Below are positions 39,704 through 54,511 of a stretch of DNA of 64,000 bases, piece after piece. Under the pieces are notes generated by a model, which was given only the letters and a program-made list of their open reading frames with translations, was not told the DNA's origin and made no database searches. Source of the DNA: the human T2T-CHM13v2.0 reference genome, Homo sapiens; the NCBI RefSeq assembly GCF_009914755.1, contig NC_060939.1; one strand, given 5' to 3'. Each line of letters begins with the position of its first letter. The first letter of the stretch is position 1. A program made the translations under genes and the position numbers.

Positions 39704-41924
39704 CTCAAATTAAAGGCCAGTGTCATTTTTAATGAGAAAACACAAGAATCTCTTCCAACCACTAAAATTAGGTAAAAAACAAGGATGTGAAATATCACTA
39801 CTAGTTAATATTATTTCAAAACTATTAGCCAATGCAAAAAGTAAAAAAAAAAAATGTAAAAGAGAAGACAAAGTGGTCATTATTTGCAGATAGTATACTT
39901 TATATTTGGAAATTCTAAGAAAGTTACAAGACAACGTTACAAATAGAGGATGCAATCAGCTAATTAAAAATAAAATTAAAACAGAAATATTTGGGTTCAT
40001 GTGTGCAAACTACAACTATTTAAATGCTTTAATGACAGAAAAAACTATTTTTTAGCAACAATAAATATGTATTTAGGAATAAACAATATGAAATGTACAA
40101 AACCTATGTGAAAAAATGTTTAAAATACCACTGAGAAGTACAAATCAAGATACGAGCAAACCCTTCTTGGGTAGAAAGAATTAACATCACGATGATATTG
40201 ATTACCACTATATTAATTGGTATTTTTAAAATAATTTCAATAAAATACCACCAGAATATATTTGCGTGAACTAGACAAGCTCATTAGAAAGCTTGTATTA
40301 AAAAATAAACAAATAATAATTGCTAGGAAAATTCTAAGCAGGAGTGATGGTGGAAAAGCAGGTTTATCAGAAGTTGAAATACATTTTTTTAAAGTTAATA
40401 ATGAAAAGAGTGCAGTGCCTACTCATGAAAGGAAAGATAAATAGAATGGATAGTACCTAAATTGGGTAAAAATTGTAGGGAATAAAAACATGGTGACTGT
40501 AGGTAATAACAATGTATTCTATTCTTGAAAATTGCAAAGAGAGTACATTTTAAGTATTCTCACCATGATAAATAATAAGTATGTGAAATAATGCATATGT
40601 TAATCAGCTTGATTTAGCCATTCCACAATGTATACATGTTTCAAGGTATGCTGTACTCAATCTATACAATTTTTATTTTTTAATTAAATATGAATATTTA
40701 AAAAATTAATAGGGAATAAGTTTATAAGTGGTCTTGGAGAATCTGCATATCCAAATAAATTTACATTTTTCACCAAGTAAACCAGAGATAGGCAAATATT
40801 TTTATCTAAAAATCAAAACAAAAAATTAAAATAAAATATAAGAGAATGTTGGTAGGGAGTGGTGAATGCCTTTTAAAATATGTTATAAAAATACAGCAAT
40901 GTAAGTAGAATGGTGGCTGCCTGGGGCTGGAGGAGGCAGAATGGAGAGTTAGTGTTTAATGGGTGCAGAGTTTCAGCTTAGGAAGATGAAAAAGTTCTGG
41001 AGATGGATGGTGGTTAATGGCTGGACAACAATGTGACTATATTTACTACTACTGTATTAAATACATTTAATGGTATGCTTAAACCTGGTTAAGATGGTAA
41101 ACTTCATGTTGTGTATATTTTGCCATAGTAAATAACATATAGCAGCATAAAACAAAAACTTTGAAAAAATCAATACATACAGCTAAAAAAAATCCTGACA
41201 ATCACCCATCACCATAAACAAGATCAGAAGACAAATAACTGGGAAAGTTATACACAATTTATATCACAGAAAAATACGGTTTTCCTAACTGAACAAAGAG
41301 CTCCTATAACTCAATAAAATCCTCAACCAGCAAACAGAAACATAAAAAAGGATTTTAACCTTTTTCAGGAAAAGAATTAAAAATTGTTCATATCTATATA
41401 AATAGTCAACTCAAATGCTCATGCCACTTTTCACCTAGATTATGGAAGATCAAGGTGGGTGAGGGCACGCCTTTCTGGGAAGGGTGCAGGGACCTTGGCA
41501 CTTGTATATATTGCAGGCAGAACACAATTGAGCCAAAACTACTAGAATGTAAAAAAAAATCCACTTTTTGTCCCAGTGATTCCACTGCTGGGAATGTAGC
41601 CTATAGATACACTCAGACATGTGCACATGGTATGTGTGCAGGGGCATTTGCTGTAGCATTATTTGTGGCAGCACAAGATTAGGAAAAATAATTAAATGAA
41701 GATTGTGCGGCCACCATAAAGAGTGAAACAGTGAATTAATACGAGATGAAAGCCAAGATTTATTATGAAGTAATGGGCAGAACAGAGTGTACTGTCACCA
41801 TCTGCTGAAAGTGCACGTGGAGGTGAAGGTTCTAGAAAGATAGATGAGAAACTACTCAGTGAGTGCTCAGGAAAGGAAGTGGGGGACAAGAGACAAGGGC
41901 TGTGTGTGTTACATTCTTTCCTTT

Positions 41925-42369
41925 TGTATCTATTTCCTGTGGCTGCCATAACAAATGATCACAAACTCAGGCCTTAAAACAACCGAAATTCATTCTCTCA
42001 TGGTTCTGAAGGCTAAAATCTGAAATCCAGGTGTCGGCAGGGCCCGGAGCTTTCTGAAGGCCCCAGTGGAGGATCCTTCTGCCTCTTCCAGCTTCTGGTG
42101 GCCTCTGGGGTTCCTGGTTCTGCAGCAGCGTCTCTCCAGCCTCTGCCTCCGTCTTCACATGGCCATCATCCCTCGGTGATCCTCCGGGCGCTTTCCTCTT
42201 CTTATGAGGTCCCCGGTCAACGACTTGAGAGCTGATGCTAAATCCAGGATAATGCTATCTTGAAGTTCTAGAATAGTTACAGCTGCAAAGGCCCTCTTTC
42301 CAAAAAAGCTCACATTCGGAGGCTCTGGGTGGATGCGAATTTTTAAGGGACATTGTTCAACCCAATACA
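41925..42369 (-). mobile_element. MLT1C/B MaLR LTR
   Basis: gctgccataacaaatgatcacaaact...ttctctcatggttctg...gcaaaggccctctttccaaa. Confidence 0.85.
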
Positions 42370-44520
42370 CCTGTGTATATGCTTTTGGAGCATTTGAAAT
42401 TTATACTATGTATATTTATCACCCTTTCAACATAAATTAGGTCATTAAAAACTATGAAAAACACATCTGTTTACAGATGGGAATATATGATGGCATTTAT
42501 TTACACATATATGTATTCATATTTTTATAACGAACAGTTTTAGAACAGTATTTACCAGGTTAAAATGAGCCCTGCAGTAGAACTGTTAGAGATAAGAAGG
42601 AGGAGAGGGTGGAGGGCTCATGACCATGTTCTCTGTAGGTCTCTACAATGGCTTGTGATATTTGATGCAGTATTTATATACTGAGATACATTTTATGAAA
42701 GATTATATTTTGAAATAAACATGCTTGAGTCCCAAGGAAAACAGATATAGCCTTACAACTTAGGATCAATTCCCCTATAGAACTCAAGAATGACAATGAG
42801 AAGCTTGACATGGTCTTTATCAGCACAATGTTCATATCTGAGTTACTTGGCAAGCAACAACACACAGGCGACTTTCTAAACCTGCATCCTAAGATTAAAT
42901 CCTGTTGTACCCCAACACCAAAAGGCCACATGTGACCATCACCTTGAGCTGGTAAATGCTGCGAGCTTACTTTGCCTGGTCAGCAACAGATGAGTGCAGC
43001 GGTCTGGGCGCTAGGGTTAGACAGGCACACAGCGGGTCCACCATCTGTAGGGGAGTGGGGACACCTGGAGTGAATGAGCAGATGTAGGACAGGCCAAGAA
43101 AGTTTGGGGTTCCTTGGTTCATCAAGGGGGCTGCTCTTGGGGAGAGCAGGTGAACTCCCCGAAGTAAGAATTATTTTCAATAAAAATCTTTTCCTGGCAA
43201 ATAATTCTAAAATATCCCCTAGGTTGACCTGGAGCTGTTAATGTGCTTTTCTTCTCGCCACCCCAGGTATTAAGGGATTCACACACATAACCGTTCAATA
43301 TTAAATGGGAGGCAGTGTTCTGGCCACGGATATTACAGCTGGGGGATCTCTACCTCATGGGTGGGCACAGCCAGTTTGAGGGGTGCCAACTGTCCCTCCT
43401 TCAAGGAGGTGTTCCTGGTCTGCTTTAAGGAGGTCACTGAGCCAGAGCCCCAAATACTCTCCAATTAATCGAGCCGAGATCACGGTGCTTATTGAACATC
43501 TAAGAATGAGCCATGGAGGCAGCTTTTGAATCTTTCTTCTGGAAATTTTGTATTGAAAATTCACGAGGCTTAAACGGAGCCTGTGTACCAGGAGGCGGTC
43601 ATTGCTAGGAAAATCTGTCCTTAAAGTGATCCTTTCTGGGAGTTACTTTCTGCTCTGCAGTCTTCTCTGCAGAGAAACTGAGCACAGAGTCCCTTGAGGA
43701 ATTGCAGAGAACTCAAGAGACTTGGCAGTGGTGCCAGAGCCACGTGCCATGGCGGTGGGTGACCGGGAAGCGCACCCTCCCCAGCCGGGTTACCTGTTGC
43801 TGTACATGTGACGTCCTCTGTACCAGACTAACTTCAAAGCCTCTGAGGACAGTGGGATGCTGATGCCCCAGAAAGAATGTGCAGAAGACAGCTACCTCAC
43901 AGGGATGTGGAAACGTTCGGCTCCTGGAACCAGGTGCCATCGTCTTCCTTGTCACACACTGAGATGAGCACGATCAGTTTACAGTATAGGTTGTTTTTCC
44001 TTTGGATTGGACGTTCTAGCGTGCTCCTGTGTTCTCCTGGCTGCTGCGGCTTTGTAGGTCATCAATCAGGGTGCTGACTGGCAGGAATGACTGACGATGC
44101 TGCATGCCCTCTCCTGCCCCACGGTTTTCCAAATCACAACTCATCTTCTTATTGGCATAAATGTACCTCCTGTTTATTTAAGTAGAATGTAAACAGGGAG
44201 AAAGGCTGTGACCCACGCTAATATTCCTCCTAGGTGTAAGCACACTAGTTTATATATCTGCCCTTTGTCTCTTGCTAAAGTCTCTCATTTTCAATCATAT
44301 TCTTTACTTAAAATGTCTACTTTTCAGTGTGAGTTATCACAAAAAAGACACATTTAATCGTTGTGTAGTAGGAAACCCTCTTGCAGGAATAAAATAGGAT
44401 GGAGAGGAGTTGCCAACATAGGCCACAGTTCCCAAGCTGACCCTTATTTTTATTGAACTAAAGTTGCATATAAATCTTTTATAACACATAAATCCTTGCT
44501 GCCTCGGCACCGCTATGTGC

Positions 44521-44843
44521 TTTTTTGTTGTTGTTGAGACAGGCTCTCGCTCTGTCACCCAGACTGGAGTGCAGTGGCATGATCTTGGCTCACTGCAATC
44601 TCTGTCCCCTCCCACCTCAGCCTCCCAAGTAGCTGGGACTACAGGTCCCTGCCACCAGGCCCGGCTAATTTTTGTATTTTTAGTAGACACAGGGTTTCGC
44701 CATATTGCCCAGGCTGGTCTCAAGCTACTGAGCTCAAGGGATCCTCCCACCTCGGCCTCTCTCAAACTACTGAGCTCAAGGGGTTCTCCCACCTCCGCCT
44801 ACCAGAGTGCTGGGATTCTGGGCATGAGCCATCACGCCTGACC
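44521..44843 (-). mobile_element. AluJ with a 42-bp internal tandem duplication
   Basis: Units at 44718-44758 and 44760-44800. Confidence 0.88.
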
Positions 44844-46391
44844 CTGCTGGGTACCTTTTGCTTCCTACATTACTTATGTCTTTCCTGTTGTTTATTCTAC
44901 TTATTCGAAGTTTGTTTTATTGATGATTTCATAAAATATTATTTTGGTGCTGATTATCTCAAAGTTATGTCTGTGGGTTTTTATTGAATTAAATTGTTTT
45001 TCTCCTTATTAATTTTCTTCTAATTTATTTGGGTTTATTGTGCTGTTCTTTCTCCTGGATTCTTGAGCGGAAAGCTTAATTTATTTTTAATGCATCTTTG
45101 AATCTAATTAATGCATTTAAGAATACTCATGGTTCTCAAAGTGCCTTTTGCCTCCTTCATCTCACAGGATTGAAGAGGCGCTCTTATTTATTATTCAGTT
45201 ACACAGGTTTGCAATTTCTACTTCTATTTCATTTTTAATTAAGAGTTATGTAAATGTTTGTTTGTTTTCTAATTTTATTGCTTTGTGAAAATAAATGTGG
45301 TTTTAATGGTGTTAACTTCTTGAAATTTATGATTGCCTTTGTGGTTGAGAATAATTTATTTTAAAAATTACATGTGTGTTCGAAAGCAAAGCATATGCCC
45401 TCCTGAATAAATGCAGTCCTGGGGATTGTGAATTTGAAGCCTTTACATTGGTAATGGTTTAGATCTGTCTCTTTCTGAGAGAAGTTTAGAGCTACCACTA
45501 TGTAGAATTAGGAGTTCTACATTTTGAAGCTATACGTATTTTTAAAAAAAATTTTTGTCACACATACCTGTAAACAATTTATGATTAAAATTTTCATATT
45601 TTTGGAAATCATCGACATGGACACACACATTTATTATTTCCGGTTACTCATTCCTGCTTGTTTTGCTCACCATGACGTTTCCAGGGTTAATCTGGCCGGA
45701 GCCCACTGTCATTCTGGGACTTCTTTGGGGTAAACGCTCCCCTGGAGATTTCTGAGATAGCAGGCCACGATGAATTCAGAGCACCCGCCCCAGGCCAGCC
45801 TGTGATTGCGGTGGTCCTTCCTGACTGGTCCCCGCCCCGGTCTGTGCCCTTTGGGTAGGTCCCTGGCCTGGAGCCTCAGCATGCCCTGGCTGCTTCCCCT
45901 GGAGGTCGCAGGCGTCCTGAGGAAGGGGGCGGGGCTACAGGCTCTTGCCAATCTGGTCCCTGTTTTCTTTTCCAGCCTCTGCACTTTCAGAAATGGTTTT
46001 CCCCACTCGCTTAAAATATACTTTTTAACTTTTCTATTGTTTTTCATTGATTTCAGCATGATGGTGTTTCAGGATATATGTTCAACGTACAGTTAAAAAA
46101 GGAAACCAATAAACCCATTTTTGTTTACTAAAAAGATGTACTCAAAACATTGTAGGAAACACAATAACATGAAGATACTAAAATCACAAACAACTCAACA
46201 CCAAAAAAGAATCCCTCGTATCACATAGTTACTTTATCTCCTACGCTTTGTAAAAATCCCCGCTGCATATACAGATTTTTAGGCAAAAACCGTAGAACTA
46301 CACTGTTCCTTTACTTTTGGTCTTATTGTTAACACTCAATACTCTTTGATGGCCACGTCCTTACCCACTTCTGACTGCCTTCTTGATCTGC

Positions 46392-46898
46392 TATGTCCGG
46401 AGTTGGTTCCTTCCGGCAGGTTCGTGGTCTCGCTAACTTGAAGAATGGAGCTACAGAACTTCGCAGTGAGTGTTACACCTCTTAAAAATGGCCCAAATCC
46501 AAAGAGACAGCAGCAGCAAAATTTACTGTGAAGGGCAAAAGAACAACAACGCCACAGTGTCAAAGGGGACTCCACTGGGTTGCCGCTGCTGTCTGCGGGT
46601 GGCCAGCTTTTATTCCCTTATTTGTCCCCACCCATGTCCTGCTGATTGGTCCATTTTACAGAGTGCTGATTGGCCCATTTTACAGCGCACTGATTGATCC
46701 ATTTTACAAACTCTAGCTAGCTACAGAGTGCTGATTGGTGCATTTTACAAACCTCTAGCTAGCCACAGAGTGCTGACTGGTGCGTTTTATAATCCTAGCT
46801 ACAGAGTGCTGATTGGTGCATTTTACAATCCTCTTGTAAGACAGAAAAGTTCTCCAAGTCCCCACCCGAACTAAAAATCCAGCTGGCTTCACCTCTGA
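46392..46898 (-). mobile_element. LTR12F-type (ERV9 group) solo LTR
   Basis: Tandem gagtgctgattgg...cattttaca units; TSD CTGC at 46388-46391 and 46899-46902. Confidence 0.88.
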
Positions 46899-47323
46899 CT
46901 GCCTCCCCCACCCCCAACCGCCTGCTCTATGGTGGCATGAGCCACCATGCCCAGCCAACTTTAGTGTTTCTTGTGACAGAGAAATCTAGCTTAACGTTTC
47001 TCCTTGGAATTAACCAGTTGGCTGAGCATCATTTATTGCATGACTCTTCCTTTCCCCACCAGCCAAAATTATTACTTATAACTCCCTGGATACAGTGGGG
47101 TCAGTATCTGCCCTTTTATGCAGTTTTACCGGGTGCCAATCTATTTCTGTGCTGGAATAATACTTTTGTAATTGTACCTTCGTGATAAACTTTATGTGCA
47201 CTGATGCAAGTTCTGTATCATTTTTCTCTTTCAAAGTTTTATTTTCTATTGTCTCATAAACTTTAGAATAATTTTGAAATGAAAGTTGAAAACAATCCAT
47301 ATAATACTGTAGTTTTTTAGGGG

Positions 47324-47632
47324 TTTGTTTGTTTGTTTGTTTGTTTGTTTAGATGGAGTCTCGCTCTATCACCCAGGCTGGAGTACAGTGGTGCCATCTC
47401 GGCTCAATACAACCTCTGCCTTCCCAGGTTCACGTGATTCTCGGTCCTCACCCTCCCATGTAGCTGGGATTACAGGTGCACACTACCATACCTCGCTAAT
47501 TTTTATGTTTTTAGTAGAGACGGGGTTTCCCCATGTTGGCCAGGCTGGTCTCCAACTCTTGGCCTCAAATGATCCGCCTGTCTTGACCTCCCAAAGTGCT
47601 AGGATTACAGGCATGAGCCACCGCGCCTGGCC
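47324..47632 (-). mobile_element. AluS/J
   Basis: Full antisense Alu with (GTTT)n tail. Confidence 0.92.
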
Positions 47633-48464
47633 TATTATACATATTTTAAACTCAGTTGGCTATTTGTCTTAATCTTATCCATGAGAAAAAAAAATTGATA
47701 TTTAAAAAGTTATAGATAAACCCCATGGATATTCTTCTTTATAGCTTCTGGCTTTGATGATGTGTCAGTGTTTAAACTTTGGCTGCTTGTGAAAATAATA
47801 TTAAAATATTCACCTAAATTAGCTTGTATTATTTTACTTTTATAATTTTTTTAAAATTAAAATGTATTTTATCTGGAGCTTATCTGTTGCAAGGAATGAG
47901 TTAAATATTTTGTTTTAAAAATTGTTTTAATAAAATAATGATTTGAGGCCTAACCTATCTTTTCCTCACTGATTGCAAAGCTCCCTTTACCATATGGTAG
48001 ATTCCGGTGTATCCTGAGCTGGACTCTGCACTCTCTGGTGCCTTTCCCAGCACTTTTCTCCATGCTGTGTGGTTACTATTGTCTTTTGAAACTTCAAAAC
48101 CTATCGGAATGTAGGCCACTAGGTCAGGGCGTCATGGAAACCCTTGTGTGCAGGGAGCAGCGGACAGATGATTCCCCAGTCCCGGAACACTCTCGGCCCT
48201 CTTCAGCCACTCCCTCCCCAACCCACACGCCATCAACCTCCAGACCCTCTCGCCGTGGCTTAGAGGTGTCTCTGACAACGTGGCACACTGGGAAGGCCTT
48301 CTTTCCTGCTACCAATACAAATGCATTCTGAATTTGATATGTCATTAAATGTAAAAATACAGCCAATTTGAAACAAGCAAATGGAAATTCCCAGGAACCA
48401 AAAACAGAAAGAAAAATCAGAGGTAGGTAGAAACCCACGCTGCTGTGGGGTGGCCTGCGGAGGT

Positions 48465-48673
48465 TTTGCAGGAGTGTGCAGTAAATGTTTAATAGCAGAT
48501 CTCCAGGGAGGAACAGCTCTGATTTGTAGTGTTTGCCAATTTCCACGGTATAATTACTTCCATCTTGGTTGTTTTCCAGCTGCCGCAGTGCTGTCCCTGC
48601 AGACAGAATTTGGGAGAGGTACTCAGAGTCACCTCCTGTGAGCCTATGCAAGCCAGCTCCTGCACAACCCTGG
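48465..48673. mobile_element. MER63-like hAT-Blackjack element
   Basis: gtaaatgtttaa...gatttgtagtgtttgccaatttccacgg...agccagctcctgcaca. Confidence 0.65.
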
Positions 48674-49195
48674 TTTTAGTCCAGGTAAAGGCCCGCCCAG
48701 GTGTTTGAATATGGACTCCTCACATACTTCTGCAGACTCCAGCTTTGGGTTGACCCATCGGGGAGAGGGAACTTAGCATGAACCCTTGTATAAAAATGAA
48801 AATCTCTTTCATTGGAAGGGAAGATCACTGACTGGGCTAGTCTCCCAAGACCTAGGAAAGAGCTTGGCTGTCAGAGGGTGAGCTAGGGAACGAACTGTGC
48901 TTGTTGATATCCACATCCAAGACTGATGGCCGGAGGAGGCAGTTAAGAGCAAAAGGCAATGGACCAAACTACATCAAAGATGGGATTATAACAAAACTTT
49001 AAAAGTTTGTTTACAATGCAGAAAATTCATTCTTCTGGAAACAGACTTGAAAAAAATAAAATATTTACTCTACCTTTCTTGTTCAGAACCATGCCTTAGG
49101 GTAGGTAAATATTTGATTATGAAAGGTTCTTTGTGTGGAATAAATCTAAGTAATAATTGCTGAAGAAATGATATGATTAAGATATGGCCATCTTT

Positions 49196-49543
<348 letters not shown>

Positions 49544-49591
49544 TTAAGTCTTCCAAAACATTAGCGAAACTGAGACTTTTAATGACAGTCT

Positions 49592-50112
49592 TGTAAAATC
49601 AGGTGTCTGGTGGGGAGGCATACCCAGCATAGTTTCAACAAGCAATTTATGCCCTAGCACGCAGGTCCCTCCCCAGGTTTCTCATAGGCTGACTACTATG
49701 AGGTCACAGTCTTCCTGGATGTCATCTATTGATTGTTGGGTAGAGGCTTTAGGTGTTTCTTTAGGGTTGTCTTACTGCATTTTGTTGCAACCCACAATGC
49801 ATTGCAATCTTAGTTAGCTCAGGGGCTCTTCAAGTATTTGACTTATGACCTAAGTAGCTGGGCAGGCTGGTAAGAACAGACAAAATGAGCTATCTTGCAG
49901 ATTAGTAAAGTTTTATCTTAGACTAAACCTCTTTGGTTTGGATGAGGGCAACTAAGGTGCAGGAGAAGGGGAAGAAGGGGAAGGCTGACAAGCAGGCATC
50001 TGCTATCCAAGCAGCGGCCTGGTATATCCTCTTTCTTCTGTAGTTTGCTGACCTAAGCCCATTCAAGGCACTTTGTCTTGGAAATGGACCACTGTATACA
50101 TTATTTCCTTCA
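49592..50112 (-). mobile_element. ERV1-class solo LTR (family not assigned)
   Basis: Minus strand begins TGAAGGAAATAATGTATACAGTGGTCCATTTCCAAGACAAAGTGCC; TG..CA ends; ~520 bp. Confidence 0.65.
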
Positions 50113-50231
50113 GGTGGGAGACATGGGAAAAGGCAGAAGATTTGAAATAGCCCTTGTCTTAGTGTCATTGGCAGAAGTGAGTGGGGTTTGCAGGAGTGTT
50201 AAGCCTGTTAGTCATTGTAAATTCATTATGA

Positions 50232-50636
<405 letters not shown>

Positions 50637-50644
50637 ACAGGCTT

Positions 50645-51185
50645 TATTATTATTCAGGTATGGTGAGGCTGCAGATCTGGTGATGGTTGTCACTGACAAG
50701 ATAGTTTGTGATTTGTGGTTCCCAAGGGGAGGAGCATGACATGCTGCATGCTGGTGGGGGCCAGACAGAAGCACTGGGGCAGCCAGGAGTCAGACGGCAA
50801 GTGGGGACTGTGGATGGAAACCTTTACTGCACTTTTAGTGAGAAAGAACAGGCAAGGCAGGGTCAGCAGGTTTAGATTGAGTTGTGAGAACAATCTCTGT
50901 GGGCTCTGGGGCCTAGAGAATCTCCCTTGTTGTCTGGTACCCAGCCCTGGGGTGATGTGGGAAGGGGGATGGTGGCCCAGTGTGAGAGTCCAGTCATGGC
51001 TGGACGTGGTCGGGGGTGTTGGCTGGGATTGGCTTGTTCGTATTTGAAAAGCATACCCACTGGCAGGTTGTTTACCCTGTCTTGGAATTAGCTCGCCCTG
51101 GGAGGGGCAGTCCCTGCAGGGTCAGCAGGGCCCCAGATGTCGAAGCGTCAGAGTACAGAAATCAAAGATGTTTGGTGCAGTGTGT
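50645..51185 (-). mobile_element. MER74-like ERVL LTR
   Basis: ccctgggaggggcagtccctgcagggtcagcagggccccagatgtc is the reverse complement of the MER74 5' region. Confidence 0.75.
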
Positions 51186-52840
51186 GTGTCTGCTGGTGTG
51201 ACAGGAAGACAGACCAGCAGCAAGGGAGGTAAGGCTAGCAGAGATATGTGATGGAGGTGGTGAATCATGGAATCTAAGCTTGCTCACTGGGAAGGTGAAG
51301 AAAGTACAGGGATTAGAAAAACTGAGTTCCTGTTGGGTTTGTGGGCAACAGGCTGACCCAGGAATGCCCAGAGAAGGGAGGCTACAGCCATTTGGGATGC
51401 TCACACTTATTCAAGGTGGGATGGTTTTGCGTAATGCTCCAGGTGACTGTGAAGGGAAGTGGTTCCTGGACGGGAAGGAAACGATAGGCCGTACGTGGGA
51501 AACAAGACTTGCCAGGATCCTGGAAGGCCATGACGCGGCCATGCCCCTTCCAGGCAGGCGGCCTGTCTCAGCCACATTGCTTGCTGTGCCTTCTGTGTGG
51601 GAGCAGGGAGAGCCTTCACACAGGAGAAAGAGAGCCATGCTTATTTTCACCAAATGCCACGGCACCAAAAGAAAGGGTGGAATATAAACTCCACGAGATT
51701 TTTTTTTATCTTTGAACTTCCAATGCTCATTATAAAGACAGAAGCTGATAGATGCCCTATAACTATTAGTAGTTTGAAATAATACATCAAATAAGGAGAG
51801 AAATAATCATACATGTACTTTTACTAATAAAAAAAGAGACTGACAGCCCACCCCAGTTAAGGATTGATGACATAAGGCGTGTGAGTGAACGTGGAGACAC
51901 ACAAATCAACCCACAATCAGAAGGTGGCAGAGGCAGTGGGGGTGGTAACTTAGGTTGAAAGAAATGGCATTTTAGAAACGGCAATGCAAATCTGCCTTTG
52001 ATAAATACGAATAAATCGCGGAGTGGGCATGAGAATGGATAGAATGGTAGCATAGAAAGAGATGGAAAAGAGATCCCATGTACATGCTGGGGAATATCAA
52101 TCACCCTTGGAACCTTCCATGAGCCTAAAATAGAACAGGAATCCAAGTGTCTCTATGTGGGAGAAACGTGAATGTGGTCATTTCCACGTCAGCCTGGCTG
52201 CGGAAGCAGGACCCCGGGTGACCACGGGCTCGTCAGCACAGGATCTCATCACCTGGTCTGCCAAGGCCTGGGGTCCTTTCCAAGCAATAAAATTATAGGT
52301 GTGAAATGCACTTAAGCTATTTTCTCCAAAACATATCACAGAAGATCACAAGAGGACACAAAAGATGACTTCCTCCCATTGAAATGGCTAAAACAAAAGT
52401 GATAAAAATAAATTTGTGGTTAAATATATCTGAGGATTGGTAGGGCAACAGGGTATCATTACTCAGAATCTGGCCTGCAATTAAAGACTTCCAAAAATGG
52501 CAGATCGCCTCCTTCTTCACCAATTTCACATTTACCCCCACCAGTTCTACTTGCAGAAGGCAAGACTTCCAAAGAGGCTTCCTTACAGCCACGGGATTCC
52601 CGCATTAGAGTGTGGCTCTCACCCCAATACTTTCAGTATTCTGGGTTCTTACAGTGTCTATTTCTAAGTTCCTTTGTTTTGATGGATCACGGAGGAAATT
52701 GTTTTCCTGTGTTGACGTTAACCACGCTTCACGCTTCCCTGCTAGCCATCCTCAGGTGTATTACTACTGTTGTTGTTATTGACTTCGAAAGGGAAATCTC
52801 CTTAAGAGCCTCTACAATGGCTGGAAACAATTGCAAACAA

Positions 52841-53475
<635 letters not shown>

Positions 53476-54511
53476 TCAGAGAATAATTTCACATTTTAAA
53501 CTCTAAGTACTGGGTGTTGGCTGTGCAGAACCTGTTCTTTTTGGTTTGCCTTTTAGATGCCATCCTTACACATGTCTCTTCTATCTGGTCTACCTAAAAG
53601 AATGCAGAGAGAAGATGGAAATTCAAATCTAGGAGGATGTAGATTTCTTAAGAATAAGATATAAAATTTTTACCATTTAGGATTTTCTTGCACGTAGTAG
53701 TTAATCGGTTAGCATTTCTTGGGTGAATAAAATCACACCATGTAATTAATGTTAGGACTTTAAGGCAAATACCAAAGAGGAGAAATATACACTCATTAAA
53801 TATCAAGTTACCTGAGCAGAAGCTCAGCTGTCTGTCTGCTGGCATGACACACAAAGAGCAAGGTTCAGACTGCCAGCATTTACCATGCCATGCAGACAGC
53901 TTTTTTTTCTTCTTCTTTTTTTTTTTTTTTTTTTTTTTGAGGCGGAGACTTGCTCTGTCACCCAGGCTGGGGCAGCATGATCTCGGCTTGGCTCACTGCA
54001 ACCTCCACCTCCACTTTCCTTCTTGCATGGCTATTTCACAGCAGAAATGAGATGCTTGGAAACTTCAGCAACTGCGCCTCATAGTTTCTAAATGGTAAAT
54101 GGCTTCCCTGCCCGCTTCCAACCCTGTTGGGAGGGCCTTTCAGGTCTCAGGGCTGGAGGCACAGGAGTCTGAGGCCCATTTCCTAAGGAGCAAGTTGCTA
54201 TTGCCAGTCGGAGCACCTGCACCACCCTCTGTGCTCTTGGTAGTGTCATCTCTGCTGTCGTCTGGATGTGCTGGGTCCAGTGTCCGGCTGTGGGCGCTGG
54301 GATCATCAGCCTGTGTGATGCATCTCCTCATCTGTCATGACAGGCTGATAACAGCTGTCTTGAGGGGATGTTCTAAGAGTACAAACAAGGTGGTAAGTTG
54401 CATGATCCACCATGCCTCTGCCTCGCAGGCTCAAACAGTCTTCTCAACTCAGCTTCCCAAGTAGCTGGTACCACAGGCGTCCGCCACCACACCAGGCTCA
54501 TTTTTTTTAGC

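Noticed and set aside
46640-46830. Tandem gagtgctgattgg units as a novel array
   Set aside because: Standard LTR12 U3 CCAAT repeats
53900-54510. One Alu split by a 400-bp insertion
   Set aside because: The intervening DNA includes older MIR-like sequence and the halves look like different subfamilies; two independent fragments are simpler
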